Below are positions 53,136 to 64,000 of a stretch of 64,000 nt of DNA, piece by piece. Position 1 is the first letter of the stretch. Each line of letters starts with the position of its first letter. The position numbers were made by a program, and so were the translations under genes. Source of the stretch: Monocercomonoides exilis PA203. Its lineage: Eukaryota; Protista; Preaxostyla. The notes beneath the pieces were generated by a model, which made no database searches, had not been told where the DNA came from, and saw only the letters and a list, made by a program, of their open reading frames with translations. The stretch is from NCBI GenBank assembly GCA_001643675.2, contig LSRY02000007.1, positions 682,001-746,000 of the forward strand, in the 5' to 3' direction.

Positions 53136-56100
53136 TCATCGGCTTTGCTGTGAGTCAAACGATTCGTCTTCTTCTCCGCTCTTCACAGCACTTTCGTTGC
53201 CTTCCTCTTCGCCTGACTCTTCAAGAGCAATTGCATCAGTCATTGTCAGGATGGCAGCGCCTGGCGGAAAGCACTGGATGAACTCCCTTTTCAGAGCATT
53301 AAGGGACATCCTCTCAGATAAATTGTCACTCCAGCAAGAGTTCACCATCAAGCTCAAGTGGGATTGCTCAATTATCTCTATTCTTGGCCTCTCTCCATTC
53401 ACAATCTTCTGCCCTGCCACCACTGCCTCATACTCCCCAAATGGGATCTGCAGGGTCAGGCACTCCCACAGCATCATCCCAATCGAGAATGAAACCGACT
53501 CCTTTGTTGCTCCCATCTTCTTGTTCATCTGCAGCTCGGGTGCCTTCCACCTCAGGCACTCCTTCCTGTTGTCATCCTCATCCTCAAAGGCTGATGAAGG
53601 TGGTGGTGAACCTCGACCATTCCTGTTGGCAGTTGAGAAATCAGAGGAAGATGTGATGATGGTGGAGGCGGAGGAGATGGATGAGGAATCTGAATCATCA
53701 TCTGAAGAGAAGTCGGAATGCTTGGCAATGCAGATGATCATGTGCTCTGAGAACAACACAATGTGAGGACTCAGATTGGCAAGGGAGGTCAGCTCGTCTT
53801 CTTCATTCTCAAATGAGTGGAGTGCACCATTCGCCACCCAGAACAGGATTTGGGAAGCTGTCTGCTCCCTCTCCTGCAAACTCCCAATTGCCATCTCCTT
53901 CTTCTCATTCCTCCCATGAAGCAACATGAACAATGAATCTCTCAGATCCACAATCAGCTTTTCAAACACTGACGAACAGGCAATTGCATCCACCAGATTC
54001 GACATGGATGAGGTGGTTGGACACAAACTCTCCGATCGAACAAAAGTTGAATCTGAATCAGTTGTTGAAGTGGATGAAATGGAAGGTGAAGGAGTTCTTT
54101 TCCTTGTCTCTTCTTTCTCATCCACCTTCTCCAGCATCCATTGAAGAATCTTGTTTGAATCCCTTCCCAAAATATATTCAGTCGAACCACATTCACTCAG
54201 CGAATGCTCTGATGACTCAGAATGCCCCAAGCTATTCTTATACACCCTCTTCTTAATCCTTTCTTCATTCTTCTTCTCTGCCTCCCTTTCTGCCCTCCTC
54301 CACTGCTCTTCAGGAGACATCTCCATCGTCACCATTTCAAACGCCTTCGGATCCTTCTTCACTATATCATTCCAATCTCTCTCAAATCTTTGTTTTCATT
54401 CTTTGCCGTTCTCCAACGAACGATAAATATTATTGACACAATAAGAACAATCAAAAGAACAACAGCCATTATAATTACTATTAACAACATTGAAGATTTC
54501 CCTTCTTTTCCTCCTTCGACAATCATTTCTTTTCCACTTAACTGACTTTTGCTTTTGTTCTTCAGAATTAATGGCTCTGTTGATGAAGGAGAATCTGCTT
54601 TCCCAAACACAATCCACACACTCACTTCTGTCTCTTCTCTCACTTTCTCCAGTTCTGAACATGAAAAAACTTAGTGAGTCTCATTCTCTGACACAAACCC
54701 TTCTTCTTCAATCCCTTTTCTCACTATCTCTTCATCCCCATTTTTCATGCTCATATTCACTGACAAATCACACGGTAGAAGCAGCTTCCCATGAATCATC
54801 AACTCCACATTCCCATTTGGCTGAGTTGTATTCTTCACCTCCTCCAGAACCGGGATGAAATACGATGATCCTCTTTCCGAAGCTATCCCTCCCAATTGGC
54901 ATCATTCGTCCAATATCCACAGAGAGGTGTTTTTCTCGATTCCATCTCCCCCTTTCACACTCACAATATTCAACTCCCCGTTCCCTGTGCATATCACATT
55001 CCTTCGAGCTGATGGATATCCTTCAATTGATGGATTGTTGTTCTCAAACTTGCTGTTTTCAATCTTCACGCTCCCTTCACTCACCCACAACCCTCCTTTC
55101 TTGCTCTTCACAATCATTGTTTCCTTCATCTGCACATCGCTGTTTTCAGTGTCAGCCAATGACCCATTCCATTTGCATAATCCTTCTTTTATTCTTTCAA
55201 CCTCTTCATTAATTATCTCTTCTTCTTTTTCTCCATCAAACTGGCATGCATCAATCCTCACATCTTTGCACTTTCTGATCTGCATCATGCTTCCCTTATC
55301 CACAGAATTCGTGCATTTTTCAAACGAGCAGTTCAGCATATTCATCTCCTGCTCAGCATCGTCCATAGTAACAACACATCTTTCTGATAGCAGATAAACA
55401 TTTTCAATCGTTATGATCTTCATCTCCACCTTCGCTTTTCCTCCAACACTCACAACATCTCCCTCACATTCGATATTCGATATTCTTGTTTCAACAATTG
55501 TCACATCCGATTCTTCATGAAATGACAGCAATGATCTTGTTGAATGAATATCCCTGAATGTTGTTTCTGATATCTTCATCTCTCCGCTTTCCACGCTCAC
55601 AACCGAACTGTTCAGCCTCATCTCAACAGCTGTTGCTGATGAGTAGAACTTGCATTTTTGGATCTCGATTGACCAGTTCTTTACCTTCAGAATGAAGCTA
55701 TGAGTTGTCTGAAAAGTGTCTTCAAACTCGAATGAGCACTTCTCCACAGCGATTTCATTTATAAACTCCATGATGCAATCCTTCTCTACCGATTTCGCTA
55801 TAACCGATTTCAATTTCGCAATCGCCTGAGACTTTTTGAATGAATTCATATTCAAACCTCCAATCACACACTCCTTTGTTACAGTCCCTTCCCCATCAAT
55901 CAGAATTGCATTCACTTCTCCTTCCTGAATGTGATCAACCCCACAGTGGATGCTCTTTAATGGATTGCTCTGAGACCCGCATTGTCTGCTGTCAGTCCCT
56001 GTTCCATTCACAAACACCTGAGCGGAATAATAGAATGTGATCTGCGGAATCAGATCAACATCAATCTCATTGATTGCACCTCTCCCACAGATGGAGTTGT

Positions 56101-59100
56101 TTATGCCCAATGATTCCTGATTGTAGTTCAGCGAGAACAGTGTTTCGTTGATCTTGTGCTCAATTAAATGGCATTTGATGAATATGTCTTTCCCAACAAA
56201 TGCGTCGTTCAGCCTGAACAAGATATTCACTATCTTGAAATTCAGTGATGGAATCTGACTTTCATCATCATAATCAATACGTGAGTCTGCTCCATCGATA
56301 TACAGCCCTCCACCGCGCCCTGATGCCGTCGAGTATCTGCATGTCGAAAACGTGCTCCCATTCACTTTCAAAACAGATTCTTCGCTCTTCAGCTCCACTT
56401 TCATTCCTCCTCCTTCATCACTCAAAGCGCTTTTGCAACTCTTCATTGCACACTCTTCTATCGTGCAATCTATCGCATTCTCAAACGATCCCAATTCAAT
56501 CGCACTTGCTCTGCTTCCTTCGTTCATGATGTTTTCAAGCGAACAGTACACAACTTTCAACACAGGCTTGTTGCCATTCAAATGAGTGTTTTCATTTCCA
56601 TTCATCTGGTTTTCCTCTTCTGTCATCGAAATCAGGCTATTTTCTTTCAAAGTGGCTGATGAAATGTTCACATTCTGGATCGTCACCTGGCTTGTACTTG
56701 GGCTGAAAGCAATGAATCCTTTCAATTCGTTGATCTTATTCAATGTGCTGCTCCGAATTGCTGCGCTCCCTCCATTCACTTTTATCAGGCAACACTCAAA
56801 ACTTTCAACCGTCCCACTCGATGACCCAAATGAGCAGTCTGTGACAGATAAGAGTGTATTTGTTTCTGACGATTCAATGAATACTTCATGATCGGTGGTG
56901 ATGCTTGGCTTGATGAATGACACATTGACAAATGACAGACTCACATTCGACGATATCATTGCGTCACTGCCGGCTGCATTCCCATCTTCATCAGTTATCG
57001 TCACCCCAGTCCTTTTCGCCGTTGCTTTTATCACAACTTTTGGCAACTCTGAATCTTGTGAAGCTGGTGGCAATGAAGGAGAAAATGATATGGGATGGCT
57101 CAGCAACCCTGAATCCCCAATGCTGATCTGGGATTCGCCTTTTCCAAGTGGATCATATCTCAGTGATATCAAGTGGTCAATCGATGAACATGGTGCTTCA
57201 GAAAACCCACACCTGCTGAAGTCCCCTTCTTTCTCTCTCGATACAAACCCATCCTTGCTACAGTTTGCCCACAAATACACAACCAATGGAATCACATATC
57301 CATTTTCTCTTGTGCTTGCTCTCTCCCATCCACACAGCTCTTCCAACGATCCCAACTCCTCTGAACTCATCTCCCATTTCAAATGTTCCTCACTCACAAT
57401 CTCTCTCAGATCCCATCCTGACACAAACACATTCTTCCCTTTCCAAGCATCACATCCTTCAAATTCCATCCCTTCCATCACAAATGTTCCCATTTCATCT
57501 GCCAGCTTCACAAACATCCCTCCTCCCATTCCTCTTCCTTTCTGCAAGTTGTCTTCTGTTGGTACCTGGCATCCTGTGAATGCTGTGCTTTTAATCTCCA
57601 AACTTCCTCTGTTCTCATCTGAAATCATCATCCCTGCTCCTTTCATCCCGCCTCCACCTGTGCATGTTGTTGAAATGTTGCAGTTATCCACAACTGCGCT
57701 CCCATCTTCATTTATCGCAGCACCAATACAGCCTCTTCCTTCTCCGCTCCCGCCTTCCACCGTCACTCCACTCACTCTGCTGTTCTTTATGTCCAATTTC
57801 TCTCCGTTTGTCATCGTTATTGGAGATTTTCCATTCATCGTTAGTGTCGCTGCAATTTCAATCGTTACTCCATCGACGATCAGTTCTCCTCCCTCAATAT
57901 TCAGTATATTGTATCCAATCTTTTCATTAGCTAATCCATCGCTTGTCAACGAGACAGAGCAGATTGTTATCGTGATTGTTGATGAAGAAGAATGGACGAA
58001 TGCAGTCCTCCTTCCATTGATAACTTTGCTCATTACAAATGCCAAATTAGTCATTTCAAATGATTTTGTGCACTCAATAAGGCCAATTTGATTTATTTCC
58101 CCTCCATCCTTCACCTCAACTTTCATCTTCTTTCCCGCTGTTACTTCTTTTCCTGTCAAACTCACATCATAAGAAAGAACTTTCATTTCACTTTGCATTG
58201 ATGATTCAGAAGAAACCTCAACTGCCTGCATGTTTTCCTCAACTCGACTGGTCACACAATAATCAATGGATTTGCACCCAAACTTCTCAAATCCACAAGA
58301 GCTGTGATCATATACAATGCTTCCGCTCCCATCAACAGTCAGCTTCGATCCGATTGGGAACAAATACACAAACAGCGGAATCACTTTCTCATCTTTCTCA
58401 TCCTCGCTCCCGCAAAACTTCAATTCGTCCGATGGAATGGCGCTTTTGTCAAAAAATTTAAAAGAGTTTTCATTCACTTTTGATCCAAGCAATATCCCTG
58501 AATCGCAACAAACAAACACATCCTTCCCATATTGTGCATCATTCAGCGATGAAGATGTCGATGAAAACAACATTTTCGGCAATTTCCATCTTGCAGTTCG
58601 GACTCGCCATTGTCAGCATCATTCCTCCGCCTCTTCCTTTGGCTCCTCCTCCTCCGTTGTTCTTCGCCTCGCATCCATCGATTGTGCTCGTCCCATTCAC
58701 AACAATACTTCCATCTCCATCTAAGCTCACGCATATCCCTCCTCCTTTTCCAATCTCTTCCGGTGTCCCTTGGCAGTTGCAGTTTATCACAGTGCACGTT
58801 TCAATCACAACAATCCCAACCTTTCCCTCTCCTTTCCCAAACTGTGTTCCAACTGCTCCTTTTATCAGCCCCCCGTCTCCATTAATTTTTCTAACGTTTG
58901 CCACGTTGCATCCTTTGAAATACAACACTCACACCAGCCACAAACTCAACCAATGAATGCCCATCAAATGTCAGACCTTCTCTGATTTCAAATTGCTCCA
59001 TTCTCAGTTTTCATGACAACGCATTTACAAAGCTGTGTCCAATCGATTGGCCAACAGCCCTGTCTGGAGAACTTACTACCGAGCAGTCTGTGATATTGAA

Positions 59101-62100
59101 CGATGGCGAGCGTGCCGAAATCATCGCAGATGCACTGGATAGAGCAGATGGAATGCTAAATTTGATCTTTTTAATCGAACATCTGCTTTGCACATCGATC
59201 AGGAAGTTTTCTGATTCAAAAGTGGCTGGCACCTTCACCTCGATTTCCATTCCTTTTGAGGCACATGAAATCTCCCATTCAAAGGCATCGGCCATGGCAA
59301 CCTTTTCCGCAAGCACGAATTCTGGATCTAACTCTATATTTTTATTTCCACCTGAAAATCGCGTCTGCGCAGTGTGGGTGATGGTGGCACACGAATAATA
59401 ATCAAATCCGTAGAACCACGAGTCGTATCTCCCCAGAACACCATCCTTCATCTTCCCCACATGTGCTGCATCTGGATATGAACCCAAATACACATTCAAT
59501 GGGAACAGCTCCATTGTTGAATCACTCCAATCATATCCCACCAGCTCATTATATTTTGAATTGTCATGTTGGACATTCAACTTTTCTGTTGTCATTGCCT
59601 ATCCAGCAGAATCGCTTCCATTCATAAACAGATAATTCCCTCCCAATGAAGCAAAACAGCCTGAAAAGTCCACAGACGCAACTGAGAAATCGTGCGAGCC
59701 ATCAACCAGATGCATCATTATCCCTCCTCCATATTTGCCACTTGTGCATCTCTTGATTGTTGTTGATGAAACAACCTGAAGCTTGCTCGTATCTGTTTCC
59801 AACTCAACCCTAATTCCTCCACCACTGCCATTCACGCACTCACAATCTTCGATTGTCACATTCCGAACAACAAATGTCTCCACTTCTGCCACACTCTTTG
59901 CCACAATCACCCCATCTCCTTCTGTCAACTTCACATTCTTCACAGATAAATTTGCCAGCATGCTCTCTCCAGATACTGTGGATGTCAAAAAAAGTGAAGA
60001 TGAAGAAAATGAAGAAGAAGAAGAAGAAGGAGAAGATAGATCCGGCTCAGAGAACAATGATTCAGAAATATTCATATTTATGATCTCCACATCAACCATC
60101 GACAGCTGCGACAGCGGCACCACAAACACTGACGAAGACATCACATAGTCTCCTGTTTTGCTCGTGGTGATCACAATATCCTCCAACGAGAGTGACCCAC
60201 TCCCATCAGACACCACAACCACGCTCGGCGAAGAAGGACTTGCATTTGAGTTGCAATCAATCTTCATGTGCAATAAACAAAGATGACCTGTTGTCACACT
60301 GAACAACGTTCCTACTGCTGATGATGATGAAAGGGCTCCTGTTCCAATCGAACATGTTTCCTTTCCTTTCCCAATGACTGAAATCTTCTTTGTCCCAATG
60401 TCTATTGATGTGACTTCCTTTCTGTGATTTCCTTCCATGAGTGTGACCACCAAGCTTGTCTGTGCCGTGCTGAAACCAACAGCAACGCCAACGGTTCTGC
60501 ATGCAGTTGACTCATCCAGTCCACACAGATCATCTTCACCACCTCCGCTCACAGCCACAAATCGATTGAGAATTCCTCTCTTTAACCAATCCTTTTTTGA
60601 TGTTTGGTCAAAAATCCAAGAACCTGACGGATTATTCGCATAGCAAACTCTTGTATCGTTAGTGTTTGTAGTATAGCATTCAAAAAACGGATTATTTTGA
60701 GATAAATATACACTGTAGTAATCATAATACATCACATCATGCCCATATGGAGTGGCTGCAGAGCATTTGCATTCGTGAAAAAACAAAAAATAGCAATAAA
60801 GCCCATCAGCTGGCACAGTTTGCTTTATTGGCTCCAAATGAAATCCGCCTCCCCTGGTCGATGCATTACACGAAATAAACCTGACGCTTCTAATCTTGAA
60901 TTGATTGGGAACATTTTTGCAAAACATGCCTCCACCCCAATCGTTCGTAATTGAACATGAAGTGAAACTGCAGTCAAACACACACGCACTTTCCCCTCCT
61001 TCATTTTCTTCTCCAATACATCCTGTTCCTGAAACCTGAAAATTTTCGAGATAAAGTCCTCCTCCATAGCTATTCGATTTGCAATTCTGAAATTTACATC
61101 CACTGATTCTGGTGCACAATGAAATTGAAACAATACACATCCCTCCTCCAGCATTTCCTTGTGCAAAGCATGAGTTGAATGAGTTGTTTACTATTTCAGC
61201 CGTTTTGATATATGCACACATTATTCCTCCTCCATCATAATGTGCATAACAATCATTGAAAGAACAATGAGGAACTGAAACAGTGGCCGATGATTGGCCA
61301 TTCAAGCAGAGAGCTCCTCCAATTGATATTCCATCAGACCATGAGTTGTTTTCTCCTGTTGTCTTGGATCTGTTCCACTCACGCCAAGTGAATGAGTTTT
61401 CCCCATTGAATGTTTCATTCTGTCACCCTGGAGTCAACTTATTTGTTTCAGTTCCATTGCACTCAATATTCCTTGTCCGGTAGCACCCAACAAATGAGGC
61501 ATTTGAAACGGTCAAGGAAATAATAGGGTTATTGAGGGAAGAAACAATCCCGCCATCATACACATCGCAAACAGACCTAAATGAACAACTGCTCATCAGG
61601 CATGAGGTTTGGCAATAGGAAGTTGTTGAAGATGAACATGCATCATTTGCAATTGAAATGTTGAAAAATGTGAGTTTGGAAAGAAATAAAAGGGAAATGA
61701 ACTGTGATGAGATGAATGGTGCTGATAACACACAAAAAGAGGAGAAGTGGGATTCACTCAACGAAATAATTGAAGATTTCGAAATGTGATTGCCAAATTG
61801 TTTAAAAGTGAAAAGAGGAGGAAATGCACTCGATCCTTCTGCATTTGGCCTCAGAGAAATGTTAGCAAACGACCCAAAACTCCCTTCCAGTTCAATTGGC
61901 AGGGAATACTTCCCAACAAAAAGAATGCACTCTCTCATCGAAAGAATGCTTCCTCTTTTCGCAACGAGCATCCTTTTTGTTCCTTTTTCTCTCATTAGCA
62001 GGTCAATTTCCATGATTGAAGAATTGAAACACTTCAAACAACCCTCAATTTCGCTGAATTGGAAATAATTCACATTTTTGAAATTTTCATTATCACTATT

Positions 62101-62375
62101 AAATTCATTGTTGTTGCATTCTTCAACTTTCAAAAAATCTTTCACTCCAATTTCACTTCTATTCATTTCATCAATAAATCTTTTGACGTCATCTCTCCAT
62201 TTTATTGTTTCTTGATTGAACGATATATATATTTTTGGTGCATATTTCTTTTTGCTTCAGTCATTTTTTCTTGTTTCATATTTTCTTCGATCAAACTTGG
62301 ATCTTCTTTTGCGGCAAGAAGATTCACGCAAAACAAACAAACGATAAAAGCAAGTATTCCCATTCCAGATAGCAT
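53136..62375 (-). pseudogene. Receptor-like TKL pseudokinase gene (signal peptide, beta-helix ectodomain, TM, kinase-like C-lobe), disrupted
   Basis: Signal peptide MLSGMGILAFIVCLFCVNLLA; GGG/C-rich repeats; TM LLIVIIMAVVLLIVLIVSIIFIV; kinase subdomains VIII-XI RWKAPEL...SFSIGMMLWECLTLQIPF...GERP. In-frame stops at 61423, 59599, 59011 and 54902; frameshifts near 62225, 58925, 58580, 54660 and 54370. Confidence 0.85.
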
Positions 62376-62601
62376 TTTTACTCTCCCTCAATGAAAATAA
62401 TACAATTATTCTGTATAGTAAAAAATATTTATTTGTTATGGGTGTAACAAAAAATTATTTTGGATAATTTTATTAAATTATCAAAAATAATAACGTTTAC
62501 AAAATAAATATTTATATATTTTGAACAATAAGAAATTATGTTCACTTTTTCAGAAAAATATCTTCGTGATTTTTATTGTTGAATTTTCGAGATCATAAAT
62601 T

Positions 62602-62811
62602 AGGCTGATCCTTTTTGAAATCATACATTCGTTCGAATTTTGATCAAAATTTTTAACTTAATGGGATTTAGAAAAAATGAACTTAAACTGTTAATACATG
62701 TTGTTCATGATGTTGTTATTGCAGAAACATATTTTTTTCTTTAAAATCCTATTGAGACTAAGTTTTTGATCAAAACTCGAACGAAAGAATGATTTCAAAA
62801 AGGATCAGCCA
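62602..62811. mobile_element. ~210-bp palindromic MITE, TIR (T)GGCTGATCCTTTTTGAAATCAT
   Basis: ggctgatcctttttgaaatcat..ttcgttcga.ttttgatcaaaa is mirrored by ttttgatcaaaactcgaacgaa..atgatttcaaaaaggatcagcca-TA; arms ~80 bp. Confidence 0.88.
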
Positions 62812-62899
62812 TATAAGATAGTGTATTCGTGTTTCATTAAATCAAATCGAAAAAATTGTTAAAAAATATATTCTGACGAAAAATATTTATTTTTATATG

Positions 62900-62927
62900 G
62901 TTAGTGTTAATAATGGTAAACACTAAC
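62900..62927. repeat. Collapsed 28-bp remnant of the 1284-1691 element family
   Basis: gttagtgttaataatggt is the exact reverse complement of accattattaacactaac at the right end of 1284-1691, followed directly by aaacactaac-TA. Confidence 0.7.
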
Positions 62928-63451
62928 TATTCTGCAACATTCTATTCAATGATAAAATCAAACAAATATATGCGTCAAACAAAACATTCATAAACCAGCT
63001 TTTGAAGAATTTTATTATTGAACAAAACAAAAAATTAAAAGATATACAACAATTGAGAAACAGCAAACTGTAATCAAACTTTTTGAAAGCCTGCTCCCTA
63101 AAAAAAACTCACGCCAATCAAAGCATGGTTCCGACAAGCGTATTCACTAAAAGAATTGTTGTCAATTAATTAAAAGATACAGTATTATTGAAATCTTCTT
63201 GAAATATTCATAGTTAACTTCTACTCCAAGCCGCAGCTAAGCGTTCCAATTGGATTCACATCTTTTTGATTTTTGATCAAATCATTGAAAAATGTTTCTT
63301 CAAACGAATAACGAAACAAAATACTCATGCATTTGGTTTTTTTTACTCAAAGATATAAAAATAAGTTCGATTCGATGAATTTCTTTTTCTGCAGCGAGCT
63401 CAGAAATAGTAATTATCCAAAATATGACAAATTAAGCATTTTTAAAATATA

Positions 63452-63692
63452 TGTCAAAATTTTTTTGAAAAGTTCCATTTGTTAAATTTTTAAAAAATGA
63501 AAAATTTCATATTTCTATTAAATTTCTGTTTTCACTCACCAAATTTCGCTGTCATGAAAACAAAATATTGACAATGTTATTATTTCCATTTCAGTGAAGT
63601 TTCGTGAGTGGGAACAGAAATTTGATTGAAGAAAGTGATTTTTGTTTTATTTGAAAATTCAACAAAAGGAACTTTTCAAAAAAATTTAGACA
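63452..63692. mobile_element. 241-bp TA-flanked palindromic MITE, same family as 14661-14903
   Basis: TA|tgtcaaaatttttttgaaaagttcc ... ggaacttttcaaaaaaatttagaca|TA; internal arms aaatttctgttttcactcac / gtgagtgggaacagaaattt. Confidence 0.88.
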
Positions 63693-64000
63693 TATGTGCA
63701 TTTTTGAATATTTTTTTGAATAAATTTAAATAAATAATAATAAATGTAATAATGACCTGAAAGTGAGCTCCAAGGATTCAATGAACAATGAGTTACAAAT
63801 TTTTTCAAATTTCACAAAAATATGTCAGTTCCGAATTTGAAACTGATGGTTGCATGTTTAACGAATGCAATAAAGAAATATTACAACTTTTCATACGAAT
63901 AGAACGAAAAGCTAAGATATGAATGAAACATTATTCAAAGTCTCACAAGATAAAGAATGTTCATTTTTTTGAATTTCGATTGGTTCGAAAAATTGTGTTG

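Noticed and set aside
56895-58091. 398-aa plus-strand ORF and similar antisense ORFs
   Set aside because: Shadow frames of the minus-strand receptor gene or of low-complexity tracts.
53136-62375. Alternative genetic code (TAA/TAG=Gln, as in some oxymonads) or programmed readthrough/frameshifting explaining the broken ORFs
   Set aside because: Conserved genes end at TAA (RPS9) and TAG (Tubby) at the expected positions, multi-kb ORFs have no in-frame TAR, and the lesions mix TGA, TAG and indels.
62940-63420. Possible gene or ncRNA in slightly GC-richer sequence
   Set aside because: No sustained ORF, recognisable motif or tRNA/snRNA structure could be supported by eye.

Overview
AT-rich, intron-rich eukaryotic (protist) genomic DNA using the standard genetic code. 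The lineage-specific gene families (the 'AYQSAWQFL...KMEEDGYED' family and the giant receptor-like pseudokinase with 'KKDPKAFEMVTMEMSPEEQWRRAERE') resemble those I recall from the oxymonad Monocercomonoides; this is an inference, not a database result. Reconstructed spliced genes: a two-RRM protein head-to-head with RPS9, WDR83/MORG1, two lineage-specific hypothetical genes, a Tubby-like gene head-to-head with a ~4,500-aa low-complexity membrane protein, a WW-domain membrane protein built from micro-exons, YIPF6, a giant Pmp/beta-helix-like surface protein head-to-head with an ArfGAP, and a decayed receptor pseudokinase. There is also a degenerate Merlin/IS1595 (ISXO2-like) transposase. The most unusual signal is non-coding. 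The gene-free intervals (1-4 kb, 13.7-14.9 kb, 62.6-63.7 kb) are tiled with miniature elements, mostly TA-flanked. Several are palindromic over their whole length, and they nest, abut, share a terminal motif, show an apparent gene-conversion tract, and leave a collapsed 28-bp remnant. All coordinates and splice sites were read by eye.
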